Assembly: GCF_963921235.1 (NCBI RefSeq)
Contig: NC_086109.1
Location: 15,006,001 to 15,070,000, forward strand
Source: Mobula hypostoma
Lineage: Eukaryota
Direction of reading: 5' to 3'
Length of the DNA: 64,000 bases
Shown here: positions 26,120 to 39,046 of the stretch, piece by piece
Numbering within the stretch: position 1 is the stretch's first letter
Layout: the number at the start of each line of letters is the position of its first letter
Notes under the pieces: generated by a model
Told to the model about the DNA's origin: nothing
Database searches by the model: none
Seen by the model: the letters and a program-made list of their open reading frames with translations, nothing else
Program-made: the position numbers and the translations under genes

Positions 26120-26700
26120 TTTGTACAAGGCAATAGCGAGGCCGCATTTGGAATATAATGTTCAGTTTGGCTACCTTACTACAGGAAAGATACCATTAAG
26201 ATGGAAAGGGTGCAGAGAAGATGTACCAGGATGTTGCCCGGACTTGAGGGTTTGAGTTACGGAGAGAGACAAGTGGGCTAGGACTTTATTCATTGGAGCA
26301 TGGGAGAATTGGTGGTGATATTGTAGAGATGTATAAAATTATTGAAAGGCATGGATGGTGTGAATGCATAGAGTAATTCTTTCTCCAGCATTGGGGAATC
26401 AAGAAGCAGAGGATATTGGTTTAGGGTGAGAGGGGAGATATTTAATGAGAACCTAAGGGGCAAATTTTTCATGAAGATAATAGTCCATATGGAATGAGCT
26501 ACCAGGGGAAATGCTGTAGTTGAAGCAGGTATATTAACAACATCTAAAAGGCATTTGGACAGGAATATGGATAGGAAAGGCTTAGAAGGATATGGGTTAA
26601 ACATGGGTAATTACTGAACTACCTGAATTAGAAACCTTGGTCAGCAGGGACTAGTTAGGCCAAAGAGCCTGTTTCTGTGCTGTACGACTCTATGAATCTA
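26120..26700 (+). mobile_element. Degenerate CR1 LINE 3' fragment
   Basis: RPHLEY...ERVQRR-type sequence and CR1 3'UTR CCTGTTTCTGTGCTGTACGACTCTATGAATCTA. Confidence 0.8.
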
Positions 26701-26797
26701 TTATTTTAATAAAAGATCACAAGGCATGTTTCAGAGGAGAGCAGGGGAGATCTCTCCCACAGCTATTTTTCAGTCTTCAGCAAAGTAACTATAACAG

Positions 26798-27006
26798 GTT
26801 ATTGATTATTATTATTGGTGGGATGGACTTTGAAAGAAACGTGTTTGAGACGAAGAGGAAGCAGGAAGAGTAATAGTAACATCCCTGTACATTGCTCTGA
26901 TTTCCAGAAGTCAGTAGGCATATTTGTTCCCTGAATACAATCTATTATCATGGCTGGCACACCCAGAGAGAAATTATTTATCCTCTGTTAAAGATTAATC
27001 ATTTAG
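26798..27006. promoter_or_regulatory. Candidate endodermal enhancer motif cluster
   Basis: HNF4-type TGGACTTTG (26824-26832), HNF1-like GTTAAAGATTAAT (26987-26999) and weaker GTTATTGATTATT (26798-26810), GATA TTATC sites, in apparently unique DNA. Confidence 0.25.
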
Positions 27007-28183
27007 TCAGTGTATTGCAGTAGAGAGACAAATATAGAAAGACCCTAAGTGTCTGTATCATTATAGATGTGTAACAGGGAGCAGTCAGTGAAATTTCTGC
27101 TCATCCTGAATAAAGTTCAACAGTAAAGGGACTTAAGCACATATTTTAGTTGCTACTAATGCACTATGAGGGATGAAGTGAAGATAAATTGCTTCTGGGT
27201 GTGTTTAGAGTCAGCAACTGATTGTCTCCAGGTAACGCATGGGTACAAAGGTCACCTCGGCAATAACAAGAGAGAAATGATCTGGACTTTCACACCACAT
27301 GGGAAAAGCCTCTCAGTGTTCTCAGTAACCCTTTGTCTGCCAACAATTACAATTATTCTGCTGTCGGAACTCAGCAGGTTGAGCATCATCTTTGGGAGGA
27401 AAGGAATTGTTGACATTTCAGGTGAAAACTCTGCATCACATAGCCCATAACCCTCCATTTTTCCTTGTCATTCAGATGAGATAAAGCCATACCCCCTGTA
27501 ATGCACAAGGTGTTGGTGAGGCCACATTTGGACTATTGTGTTCCATTTTGGTTACCTTGCTGTAGGAATGATGTCATTAAGCTGGAAAGAACGCAGAAGA
27601 GATTTACGTGATTTGGGTATATAATGATCCAAGAGTTCAATCTCCTGAACTCTCCCTCCACCCAAAATCTTTTGGAGATATACTTTGAATATAGACGTGC
27701 TGATAAGCCCACAGATTAGGAGCTTCAAAGAAGATCAATCCACGTAGCACTCCAATTGATTCCTCCCCCAGCCCCGCATTGTAGGAGGGTATACAACCAA
27801 GTTTAATGAAATGATTTCTTTCTGCCTGGATTTATTGCCCTCCTCAGTCCTCAGACTCTCACTGGCCTTTAGGTTCCACAAGAGGTGAACACTCTTCCAG
27901 TACTCAAAATACCAAATTTCATATACAAACATCAACCAAGCTCCCTTGAGAACAATTTGGTATAGAAGACATTAATTGTCTTCCAGCTGGTAACATCCTC
28001 ACCTCTGAGTCAGTAAATCTTGCCGTGAAGCAGTGTTCACGCAATCCAGTTTGCACTCCAGTGAAGCACTAAGGGAAGGTTACACCAGTGGTCCCCAACC
28101 ACCGAGCCGCAGACTGGTACTAGGCCGCGAAGCATGTGCTACCGGGCCGCGAGGAAACAATATGATTTGGCGATATGAAACGA

Positions 28184-29915
28184 ACTTAACCTGTTCTTTA
28201 ACAGATTTGACATTGTGGCCCCTGCCCATCCCCCACATGATTCATCTGTTGTCGGCCCCCAACCAACACATATTCCACTCTCCCCCCCACCCCTTCTCAC
28301 AGTCCCCCACCCTGCTCTCATGACTATACCCCTTCCCCACACGAAACCACCATGGTGGGCTTCACAGTTGAACAGGTGAGATGACAGCTGAAACGTCTCA
28401 ACCCAAGCAAGGCTGCAGGCCCAGATGGTGTCAGTACCAGGGTGCTCAAAGCCTGTGCCCCTCAGTTATGTGGAGTACTTCGCCATGTCTTCAACCTGAG
28501 CCTAGGTCTCCAGAGGGTTCCTGTGCTGTGGAAGACGTCCTGCCTCGTCCCTGTGCCGAAGACGCCGCGCCCCAGCGGCCTCAATGACTACACACCGATG
28601 GCATTGACCTCCCACATCATGAAGACCCTGGAGAGACTTGTTCTGGAGCTGCCCCGGCCTATGGTCAGGCCACACTTAGATCCCCTCCAGTTCGCCTACC
28701 AGCCCCGACTAGGAGTTGAGGATGTCATTGTCTACCTGCTGAACAGTGTCTACGCCCACCTGGACAAGCCAGCGAGCACTGTGAGGGTCATGTTTTTTGA
28801 CTTCTCCAGTGCGTTCAACACCATTCACCCTGCTCTGCTGGGGGAGAAGCTGACAGCGATGCAGGTGGATGCTTTTCTGGTGTCATGGGTTCTTGATTAC
28901 CTGACTGGCAGACCACAGTACGTGTGCTTGCAACACTGTGTGTCCGACAGAGTGATCAGCAGCACTGGGGCTCCACAGGGGACTATCTTGTCTCCCTTTC
29001 TCTTCACCATTTACACCTCGGACTTCAACTACTGCACAGAGTCTTGTCATCTTCAGAAATTTTCTGATGACTCTACCATAGTTGGATGCATCAGCAAGGG
29101 AGATGAGGCTGAGTACAGGGCTACGGTAGGAAACTTTGTCACATGGTGTGAGCAGAATTATCTGCAGCTTCATGTGAAAAAGACTAAGCAGCTGGTGGTA
29201 GACCTGAGGCACCGGTGACCCCTGTTTCCATCCAAGGGGTCAGTGTGGACATGGTGGAGGGTTACAAATACCTGGGGATATGAATTGACAATAAACTGGA
29301 CTGGTCAAAGAACACTGAGACTGTCTACAAGAAGGGTCAGAGCCGTCTCTATTTCCTGAGGAGACTGAGGTCCTTTAACATCTGTCGGATGAGGCTGAGG
29401 ATGTTCTACGAGTCTGTGGTGGTCAGTGCTATCATGTTTGCTGTTGTGTGCTGGGGCAGCAGGCTGAGGGTAGCAGACACCAACAGAATCAACAAACTCA
29501 TTCGTAAGGCCAGTGATGTTGTGGGGATGGAACTGGACTCTCTAACGGTGGTGTCTGAAAAGAGGATGCTGTCCAAGTTGCATGCCATCTTGGACAATGT
29601 CTCCCATCCACTACATAATGGACTGGTTGGGCACAGGAGTACATTCAGCCAGAGACTCATTCCACCAAGATGCAACACAGAGCGTCGTAGGAAGTCATTC
29701 CTGCCTGTGGCCATCAAATTTTACAACTCCTCCCTTGGAGAATCAGACACCCTGAGCCAATAGGCTGGTCCTGGACTTATTTCCTGGCATAATTTACATA
29801 TTACTATTTAATTATTTATGGTTTTATTACTATTTAATTACTTATGGTGCAACTGTAACGAAAACCAATTTCCCTCGGGATCAATAAAGTATGACTATGA
29901 CCTATGACCTTGACT
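28184..29915 (+). mobile_element. Relatively young 5'-truncated Rex1-like LINE (reverse transcriptase)
   Basis: 258-aa ORF 28442..29218 with FFDFSSAFNTI, GAPQGTILSPFLFTIYT, KFSDDS; (TATGAC)n tail; 11-bp TSD ATATGAAACGA (28173-28183 / 29916-29926). Confidence 0.95.
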
Positions 29916-30617
29916 ATATGAAACGATATGAGTCACCTGCTCCTCTCCTCATTCCCTGTCACGCCCACTGTTGAACTTGAATGCATGCGAGGTCATTACG
30001 CACGCGTCATCTATGTCAGCGCGGAAAGGAGATCAACTCCTCAAGCTTGCAAATGACGGCGAGCTGAAAAGTATGTTTGACATAACATCTCTGCCGGCAT
30101 TCTGGATCAAAGTCAAGGCTAAATATCCTGAGATAGCCACGAAAGCACGGAAAACGTTGCTTCCATTTCCAACATATCTCTGCGAAGCGGGGTTTTCTGC
30201 AATGAATGCAACGAAAACTAAATTGCGGAATAGACTGGAAATAAGGAACCCCCTTCGAGTATCGCTGTCTCCTATCACCGCTCGATAGGAGCGTGTTGTT
30301 GCAGGGAAGCAAACCCAGGGCTCCCACTGATTCAGTGATATTGGTGTGTTGCAATGATTTTATATGTTCGTACGAGGAAAATGTGCGCTGTGTGTTTAAT
30401 ATCCAAAAGTTACTTAAAATGTTATGATGCTATTGACTTATAAGTGACTTATCACTATATTCATGCGAGGAAAATATGTGCTGTGTGTTTAATATTAAAT
30501 TTGTTAGATAAACCCTTTTAGAAACGAAATTGAGCGTATTAGCCACATTTAAGTAACTTATAGTTGACTTATCACCTTTATTCCGGTCGTGATTAACAAC
30601 TCCCCCCCACCCCCCCA

Positions 30618-31218
30618 AGGGTTGCCAACTGTCCTGTATTAGCCGGGCCATCCCGTATATTGGACTAAACTGGTTTGTCCCATATGGGATCTGACGAAGG
30701 GTCTCGGCCTGAAACGTCGACTGCGCCTCTTCCTATAGATGCTGCCTGGCCTGCTGCGTTCACCAGCAACTTTGATGTGTGTTGCTTGTCCCATACGGGA
30801 CCGCCCTTGTCCCGTATATCCCCGGCTAAGGTAGAGCGTTTCTATGAAACCTTTCATGCTGAAATGGTGTAAAGTGAAGAAGCAATTACCATTAATTTAT
30901 ATGGGAAAATTTTTTGAGCATTCCCAGACCCAAAAAACTAACCTAGCAAATCATACCAAATAACACATAAAACCTAAAATAACACTAACATATAGTAAAA
31001 GCAGGAATGATATGATAAATATAAAGTCTATATAAAGTAGAAATAATGTATGTACAGTGTAGTTTCATTGAACAGAATCGCCAAAAATGCTTTGTAGAAA
31101 AAAATCTGCACGTACACGCATGCGCACACAGGTGCCCACGCAAGGCTTCATGGTCATGGTAGTCTTTCTCGGGGTAAACACAAGTGTTTGACTGCTACTC
31201 TTGTCCGTTGGAAACCCA
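30618..31218. mobile_element. hAT-like MITE nested in the Charlie-like element
   Basis: Terminal inverted repeats AGGGTTGCCAAC / GTTGGAAACCC, inserted in a C-rich run; non-coding. Confidence 0.7.
30690..30785 (+). mobile_element. Penelope-like terminal-repeat fragment with an intact hammerhead core
   Basis: CTGACGA-AGGGTCTCGGCCT-GAAACGTC (30691-30718); 15-bp TSD TTGTCCCATATGGGA (30675-30689) / TTGTCCCATACGGGA (30786-30800). Confidence 0.75.
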
Positions 31219-32327
31219 ACCACCCACCCCCCCCCCCACCCGGTCGGCCGGTCCGCAAGAATATTGTCAATACTAAACCAGTTTGCAGTGCAAAAAAGTT
31301 TGGGGACCCCTGGATTACACAACCTAAATCTTACTTTTCAGTTACAATGTTAAACCTGATGTCCTTCTACCCTTTAGAATTATCCAGAGAAGAACAAAGA
31401 GTCCTCCTTCTGTTCTGGCCAACATTTATCTCGCTGCCTGTGTATGAATATGTTGCTGCTTGTCAGATCTTGTTGCTCATCATTTGATTCCTACACTTCC
31501 ATATACTGTACTTCATCTTCACTGGTGGCAAAATACTTCAATGAGTTGCTTAAAGTGTTCTGTGAGCACAAGGTCATCCTAAATAACATTTGATGCGAAT
31601 TATATCCTCACATCCAAGCCATGCTATTACAAATTGTTATCCTGAAAGGGTGGTTGGCAAGTTGCTGAAGCCAATAAACTACACAGAACTGATCCCACCA
31701 CCTAAGGACTCACATTTAAGGATTCTACAACTCATGTTCTCAATTTTTTTCTTTCTATCTGTCCACCCGTCTATCTATCTATCCATTGTACTGTATTTGT
31801 GCAGTTTGTCTTCTTTTTCACATTGGTTGTTTGTGGGAAGTTTTTCATCAATTCTATTGTATTTCTTCACTCTACTGTGAATGCCTGCTAGAAGATGAAT
31901 CTCAGGGTACTGTATTGGGACATACACGTAGTTTGATAATACATTTACTTTGAATTTTGAACTTTGAGAAATACCTAGTGATTTAGAGAAGCTTAATGTA
32001 ATTAAATAAAATCAACACGGTTTCATGAAAGTAAATGATATTTCTCCAATTTGCTTGAGTTCTTTGAGGTTGAAACAAGAGGGGGCCGCTAGGCTAAGCT
32101 GAAGTGGGTTTTTGAAAGGCATTTGACAAAGTACAACATAAAAGGTTAACGTGCAGGTTTGAATCATAAAACATCTGGACAGCAGGGAAATGTTGGTGAC
32201 CTCTTTGAACCGGAATATTACATTAAAGCTACAACGCAGAAAAGCCACTCAGCCCCTCCTGTTCGTATTGATGACTGAGCGTATTCGACCGTTTCATATG
32301 ACTGTGGCGGAACTTCCATATTGATAC

Positions 32328-33169
32328 TGTTACGAGAATACACATAAAATTAAGATGTTTGCTGGCCTGGGTTAGCATCAGTGACATCAGCAGTTGGTCT
32401 GCCACCTGCCCTCGGGGGAAGGAGAGATAAGGAACAATGGAGCAGCGTCTGGAGATATGTAATGAAGGGACGGGAGAGAGAGCTGTCTGGAGCGGCTCCC
32501 CCTTTGAACCCTGAACTGTTTGAAGTGATGGACAGGCGATACCCCAGCAGGGGGATAAAAAGGGACAGGTTTGCTAAGACAGGCACACACGCCACCCGAG
32601 GTAACGAGACCCTGGAAGCGGTGCGCCTCTCACGAGTGGGTGAGAAGTATCAGACAACGACCAGGGTGGAAAGGTACGATCAGCAGGAACCCGGTGTGTG
32701 TCCGCCCTTGCCTGGGTGCCGGGTTCACTGCAGAGGATCGACCGCATCTGGAGGAGGGGTCACAGTCGGTGACCTCAGGTGACATCACCAAGGACCCGCC
32801 CAAAAAGTTGCTTGTGAGCCATCCCGCCGGTCTGTGAGTGAAGCTGTGTCTGAATGATCAGTTGTTCCTGTTCTATCTCTCTCTTCCCCCACCTTGTCTA
32901 TCGCCATGGCAACGATTACTGCGAACTGAACTTCGAATCACTTTGAAATTTGGTCATTTACCCCTAGACAACGATAGAGCTTGATTGATGCTGTTATCTT
33001 AATTCTGTGCACATGTGTGTTTATCATCGCTGAACTGTTGCATTTATTATCCTTTCGATTACTGTGTTGCTTGTTTCTTTAATAAAACTTTCTTAGTTCT
33101 AGTACTCCAGACTCCAACTGAGTGATCCATTTCTGCTGGTTTGGCAACCCAGTTACGGGGTACGTAACA
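32328..33169 (+). mobile_element. Solo LTR (family A)
   Basis: TGTTACG...CGTAACA termini; 4-bp TSD ATAC (32324-32327 / 33170-33173). Confidence 0.93.
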
Positions 33170-34482
33170 ATACCCATCTCCTGACCTATCTCTGTGGAGA
33201 AGAACAAAAGAAATAAAGGTCAATGAAGAATATGGATTCATAATCCATTCATAATCCATCAATAATCCATTCAATATTTTGCTAAGGATGGTTGTCTTGT
33301 TAGGGAACAAATGAAAAGAGCAATAAATAGAGAGAGAGTGGAAACATTTATCCAGGCTGTGAGCTTGAGGAACCCCTCCATCAAAAACTATTCCATGCTT
33401 TCTCTTGCTGGATCTCCCTGCTTTTATTGTTTAGAAAAGAGAATGTAGAGGAGAACGGAAATCTGAAACTTGTGTTGAATATACCATAAGAACATAAGAC
33501 ATTAGGCTATTTGGCCCACTGAGTCGGCTGTGCTGTTCCTTATGACTGATTTATTATTCCTGTCAACACCATTCTCTCCCCAACCCCTATCTCCCCAAGA
33601 TTTGATCGATTTAAGCACCGGGCCGAGTTGGAAAGGTCAGGTACAGGCTGAATCATGACAATAAGGCTCAGGCCTGAGAGCGTATCCAAGTGGCAAAGGG
33701 TCTGGATCTGAGAGCGAGGAACAGTCCGAGAGACGGGCCGGTTCAGCTCGCTGCTCCGTGAGGTTTACTTGTTTCTGTGCAGGACTAAGACTGCAGGGAT
33801 GACTGGCTTTGTCGATATGGTCCCACTTTCGTGAGTTTCAGTTGTTTGCACAATTTATTTCCCTGCACATTGTGTGTTGGATGGTCTTCTTTTTAAAATG
33901 GGTCCTATTGGGTTTCTTTGTTTTGCGAAGGAGTCTCTTAAATCGCCTGAGCATACAGGGTATCTGCCTCTACCACCCCATCTCCGTTATAGTTAGGCCC
34001 CTCGTATTAACTACTTTCATCCTGGGGATAGAAAAGATTAGCTTTATTTGTCACAAATTTTGTGCTTTAAGCTGTGGAGAACAGTGGGGAGATGGAGAAA
34101 ACAAGGGAATATCTGGGAAAGGTTGGAGGCCAATATTGTCCAGCAATACATTGCTTGTGGGGCTGTCTAATTCATCGATGAGTGATGGCAGCTACAGAGA
34201 GAGAAAAAGGCAAAGAGAATGTACCGGAGCCATAAAGGGCAGAACACTGCAGATGCTGAAAATTTGAAACAAAAAAATTTACTGGAAATACCCGGCAGGT
34301 CAGACAGCATCTATTCAGAGGTAAAAACCTGATGTTTCAGGCGAACAGCACTGCAGCATAAGTGGCTAGTTTGGACACAAGCAGGAGAGGCTGGTTATCT
34401 GAAATTTGAATTCAGTGCTTCCCCTGAGTATTAAAATGTGCTTCCAGAGGAGCTGAAGTATTGATGCACAAGCTTATATTAG

Positions 34483-35590
34483 ACCATAAGATCATAGGAT
34501 ATAGGAGCAGAATTAGGCTATTTGGCCCATCAAGTCTGCTCTGCCATTTTATCATGACTGATCCAAATTTCCTCTCAACCCCAATCTCCTGCCGCCTTCT
34601 TATATCCCTTCATGCCCTGACCAATCAAGAATCTATCAACCTCTGCCTTAAGTATGCATAAAGACTTGGCCTCCCCAATAGCCTGTGGCAAACAATTCCA
34701 CAGATTCACCACTCTCTGCCTAAAGAAATTCTTTCTCATCTCCGTTCTAAAAGGACGCTGCCCTATTCTGAGGCTGAGTCCTCTGGTCTTAGACTCTCCC
34801 ACCATAGAAAACACCTTCTTCACATACACTTTATCAAGGCCTTACACCATTTTATTGGTTTCAATGAGGTCACCCCTCATTCTTCTGAATTCCAGTGATT
34901 ACAGGCCCAGAGCCATCAAATGCTCTTCATATGACAAGCCATTCAGTCCTGGAAAATTTTTCATGAACCTCCTATGAACCCTCTCCAGTGTCAGCACGTC
35001 ATTTCTAAGATAAGGGGCCCAAACCTGCTCACAATACTCCAAGTGAGACCTCACCAGTGCTTTATAAAAGTCTCAACATTACATCCTTGCTTGTATATTC
35101 TAGTCCTCTTGAAATGAATGCTAACATTGCATTTGCCTTCCTCACCACAGAGTCAACCTGCAAAGTAACCTTTAGGGAATCCTGCACAAGGTCTCCCAAG
35201 TCCCTTTGTACTTAAACTTTTTGTATTATCTCTCCATTTAGAAAGTAGTCAATCCTTTTATTTCTTCTACTGAAGGGCATGACCACACACTTCCTGACAC
35301 TGTATTCCATCTGCCATTTCTTTGCCCATTCTCCTAATCTGTCTAAGTCCTTCTGTAGCCTTTCTACTTCCTCAAAACTACTTGGCCCTTCCACCTATCT
35401 TCATATTGTCTGCAAACTTTGCAACAAAGTTATCAATTCCATCATCCAAATCATAGACAGGTCACATAAGAGGAACTGGTCCCAACACAGACCCCTGTGG
35501 AACACCAATAGTCACCAGCAGCCAGCCAGAAAAGACTCTCTTTATTCCCACTATTTGTCTCTTGCCAATCAGCCATTGCTTTATCCGTGC
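34483..35590 (-). mobile_element. CR1 LINE 3' fragment
   Basis: Minus-strand frames LQKDLDRLGEWAKKWQMEY and FRTEMRKNFFRQRVVNLWN; CR1 3'UTR at the left end. Confidence 0.9.
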
Positions 35591-35935
35591 TAGGGCTTCA
35601 TTGAACATTGTAGGAGGTCAAAGGAAGATTGGTTGGAGTGGGAGTGGGATGGAGAATTGACAGGCAATTGAAAGCCCAGGATCTGCTCTGTGGAGTGAAG
35701 GAGCTCTCAAAACGATCATCCAATCTATGGTTGGTTTCTGCAAGTACTGCAGACCACCCTTTCAGCATCCCAAAAAAACACACACACACACACTAGACTG
35801 AAAGAAGGGAATTGCTGCTTCATCTGGCATGACTGCTGTGCAAGGACAGGTTCTCCATCTTGTCACAGGTATTACCTTTCTTCTCTCTACCTTGTTCTCT
35901 CACCTTTTCACATCTGGTGAAGGGCTTGTTTGTTT

Positions 35936-36067
35936 CAAGCAACACACACAAAATGCTGGTGGAACACAGCAGGCCAGGCAGCATCTATAGGAAGAGGTAC
36001 AGTCAACGTTTCAGGCCGACACCCTGCGTTGCTTGAATTTCCAGCATCTGCAGATTTCCTCGTGTTT
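35936..36067. mobile_element. Penelope-like terminal-repeat fragment with inversion
   Basis: Same family as 52142-52374; perfect 14-bp TSD GGGCTTGTTTGTTT (35922-35935 / 36068-36081). Confidence 0.75.
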
Positions 36068-36484
36068 GGGCTTGTTTGTTTGTTCGTTATGTGCCATGCT
36101 CTATGACATAGGTGATCACGGTCTTTCTATGATCATGATTGTTCTTGGCAAACTCTACAGAAGTGGGTTGCCATTGCCTTCTCCTGGGCAGCGTCTTTAC
36201 AAGACGGGCGACCCCAGCCATTATCAATACTCTTTAGAGATTGGCTGCCTGATGTCAGTGTCAGATAACCGGGACTTGTGGTATGCACCGGCTGCTCACG
36301 TGACCACCACCTGCTCCCATGACTTCTCAAGACCCTGATTGGGGGGTGGGGGGTGAAAGCAGGTGCAGCATCCAAGGGTGACCTACAGGCTCGCTGAGGA
36401 AAGATGTGCCTTTGGTACAGACATAGCTCCACCCTGCCACCCGAGGGTGAAAGGTTAACAACCTGAAATACTGAATTACTTTTA

Positions 36485-36730
36485 CTTTTTTTATTTAGAG
36501 ATACAGTGCGGTGACAGGCCCTTCCGGCCCAATGAGCCTGCACCATCCGGTTACACCAATAAACCTACTAACCCGTACGTCTTTGGAACGTGGGAGCAAG
36601 CCAGAGCACCCAGAGGAAAGCCACGTGGTCACGGGGAGAACGCACAAGCTCCTTTCAGACTGTGACGGGAATTGAACTTGGGTCCCTGGCGCTGTAATGC
36701 TGTTATGCTAACCACTACACTACTGTGCCG
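36485..36730 (-). mobile_element. tRNA-derived SINE (HE1-like)
   Basis: Reverse complement of the SINE at 883 and 14645 (GGCACAGTAGTGTAGTGGTTAGC head; TCTCTAAATAAA tail). Confidence 0.7.
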
Positions 36731-36974
36731 CTAACGCAGTTTTCCTCTCCATGGATGCTGTTGAGCTGCGGAGTATTTCTAACATTTCGCATCATATTTT
36801 AGATTTCCAAGTTGTGTATTTTTTTCGACATCTTGGAGCTGCTTCTTAACGTTAGTGATCCTGAATCTGTGGTAGTGGTGTCTTCAGGAAAACCCTGAGG
36901 TACATTATCCACTTGGTCCTTCTCATTGAAATCAGGTTTGAAAACAATACACTTACTAAATATCAGAAGGCTCA

Positions 36975-37327
36975 GATTGAGTGGACATGGAGAGGGTATT
37001 TCCTATCATGGTTGAGTCTAGGATTAGAGGGCACGGCCTCAGAATAGAAGGATGTCCCTTTCAAATGGAGATGAGAGGGTATTTCCTTCGCCGAAGGGTG
37101 GGTGAAGCTGTGGTATTTATCACCACAGAGTACAGCAGGGACTAAGTCTTGGCTATATTTAAAGCGGAGGTTGACAGGTTCTTGATTAGTAAGTGTATCA
37201 AAGATTATTGGGAGAAGGCAGGACAATGGTGTAGAGAGGGAAAGTAAATCAGCCACGACTGAGTGGCAGAGCAGACTTAATGGGCCAAGTAGCCCAATTC
37301 TTCCCCTATGTCTTATGGTCTTATGGT
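36975..37327 (+). mobile_element. CR1 LINE 3' end
   Basis: SRIRGHGL-type sequence and CR1 3'UTR ending TCTTATGGTCTTATGG. Confidence 0.8.
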
Positions 37328-37411
37328 ATTAAGGTCTTAACTTTTGAACCTAAAACTGAAGTTCCAGCTCCTCAGAATTCAATTCAAATTCTGAGTTGAA
37401 GATTTATTTAG

Positions 37412-37680
37412 TTTATTTGGAATACAGCATGGAGTTGGCCATTCTGGCCCTGCGAGCAACTCCCGACAACCACGATTTAACACTAACCCAAACACGGGAC
37501 AATTTACAATGACCAATTAAACAAACTGGTACGCCTTTGGACTGTGGGAGGAAACTGGAGCACCCAGGAAAACCCAGGCAATCCGTGGGGAGGACGTACA
37601 GACTCCTTACAGAAGACACTGGGATCTGGTGTCCCAAGCTGTAATAGCACCGTGCTAACTGCTATACTACCATGGCACCC
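37412..37680 (-). mobile_element. tRNA-derived SINE (HE1-like)
   Basis: Same family motifs on the minus strand (GGGAGGAAACTGGAGCACCCAGGAAA on +). Confidence 0.7.
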
Positions 37681-39046
37681 TTTGATTATTTAATGTCATT
37701 TCCAGTTCACAAGCGTAAAGGGGAATGAAATAATTGTTACTCCAGCTCTGACGCAGAACAGAAGTAGCACAATAAGATAAAGAACACAATAATTAAAAAA
37801 CAGAATAAATATAAATACATAAGATAGCTTATATACACAGATTGATTGTATGTCTATAAAGTGCCGCTTGGCACAGAAGTGTGTGTACATAAGATGACTG
37901 ACAGGAAATGACCAAGTTGTAACGTGGAGTAGACAATGCAAGATGTGCTATTGATAAAGCTTACTGATGTCGACAAAGCACACCCACAATGCTCGGCAGA
38001 ACATAACAAGCAACAAAACAAACCTTTTTCCTGCCTCCCTCCCACCCATCCACACACACATGGAGAGTCCTCCAACTCCAGCACAGTCCAGCAGCTTCCA
38101 GCACAGCCAAGCAGCCTCCAGTCAGGGTTCAGTCATTGAGCTTTGAAGACTGGACTTGCAATCAATCATGGGCCTCTGATCTTCGGTCTTGGCCCCTGTT
38201 CTAGCCAATGAACACAAGATGAACTGCAGGCTCAAACTCCGGGTGCTCTAACTGACTGGTCCTTGTGCCTCATCTTGAGTGATGGAGTTAAGCTCATTAA
38301 ACCTGGAAGCTAGCCAGCTGGAGCTGGCTTCCTGATGCTTATAAACCTTCTGGCTTAGCTCCCCTCGTTTTACATCCAATGCAATATCCTCCAACAAATT
38401 TAAATTTCCTCTCTTCTGCTTCTGAACTCAGGTTGATACTGAGTTCAGGCCAAGCTGCTTCTGTAGAAACAGTGAACTCTGGCTCTGACTTCTCGTGCTA
38501 TCTCATGCCCAATTAAAGTGGGATAATTAGGAACTGAAAAGTGAGTTGGTCTTAACACTAACGTTTAATTTTTCATGCCAGGGCTCAGGCCCATCCAGAA
38601 CTGCCATGTCCTTTTTAATCTTAGTAAGGCTGCAACATGTTATTGAAATAATACTGGGTCGGATTAGCAAATGAGGGCTTATTTATAGAAATACAACTTG
38701 TTGCCAAACAATGCAGGGATATAGGTTAGAGCTGAGAATTATTGCCTAACACCACAGCTGGCTCATGTTCAAGAAGTCACTCCCATGAAGGCTGAGTGGT
38801 ATCATGAAATAGCTATGGTACCAGTAGTGCGATCACTTGAGTCCAGTGTAATGTTCTCCTGAGGGAGCCATTCCCTTAGGGAATAATCTATTGTGTCCAT
38901 TGGGTGGGTCCTCAGGTGTCTTGAGAGGCCGATTCAGAATCCACATGTTCTTGTGCAGTGTGGGCCCGAGTAAGCTGTGGCTGTGGTTAACGGTTGAGTC
39001 TTTCGGTTGTTCATCCCCTCCTTTCACGACTGCCGCTTGTTTCCTG

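Larger units (their letters stand above)
28086..31312 (+). mobile_element. hAT (Charlie-like) DNA transposon hosting nested insertions
   Basis: TIRs CAGTGGTCCCCAA / TTGGGGACCCCTG; 8-bp TSD GGTTACAC (28078-28085) / GATTACAC (31313-31320); ORF 29971..30288 FWIKVKAKYPEIA...LLPFPTYLCEAGFSAM...KTKLRNRL = hAT dimerisation domain. Confidence 0.9.

Noticed and set aside
28442..29218. 258-aa RT ORF as a domesticated gene or retron-like system
   Set aside because: 5'-truncated LINE with a frame break and a stop downstream, a microsatellite tail and a TSD; an ordinary retrotransposon copy.
32381..32782. 133-aa ORF recurring at 16485 and 39451, suggesting a small gene family
   Set aside because: It lies wholly inside solo LTRs. 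The recurrence reflects repeat copy similarity, the frames differ between copies, and there is no recognisable domain.
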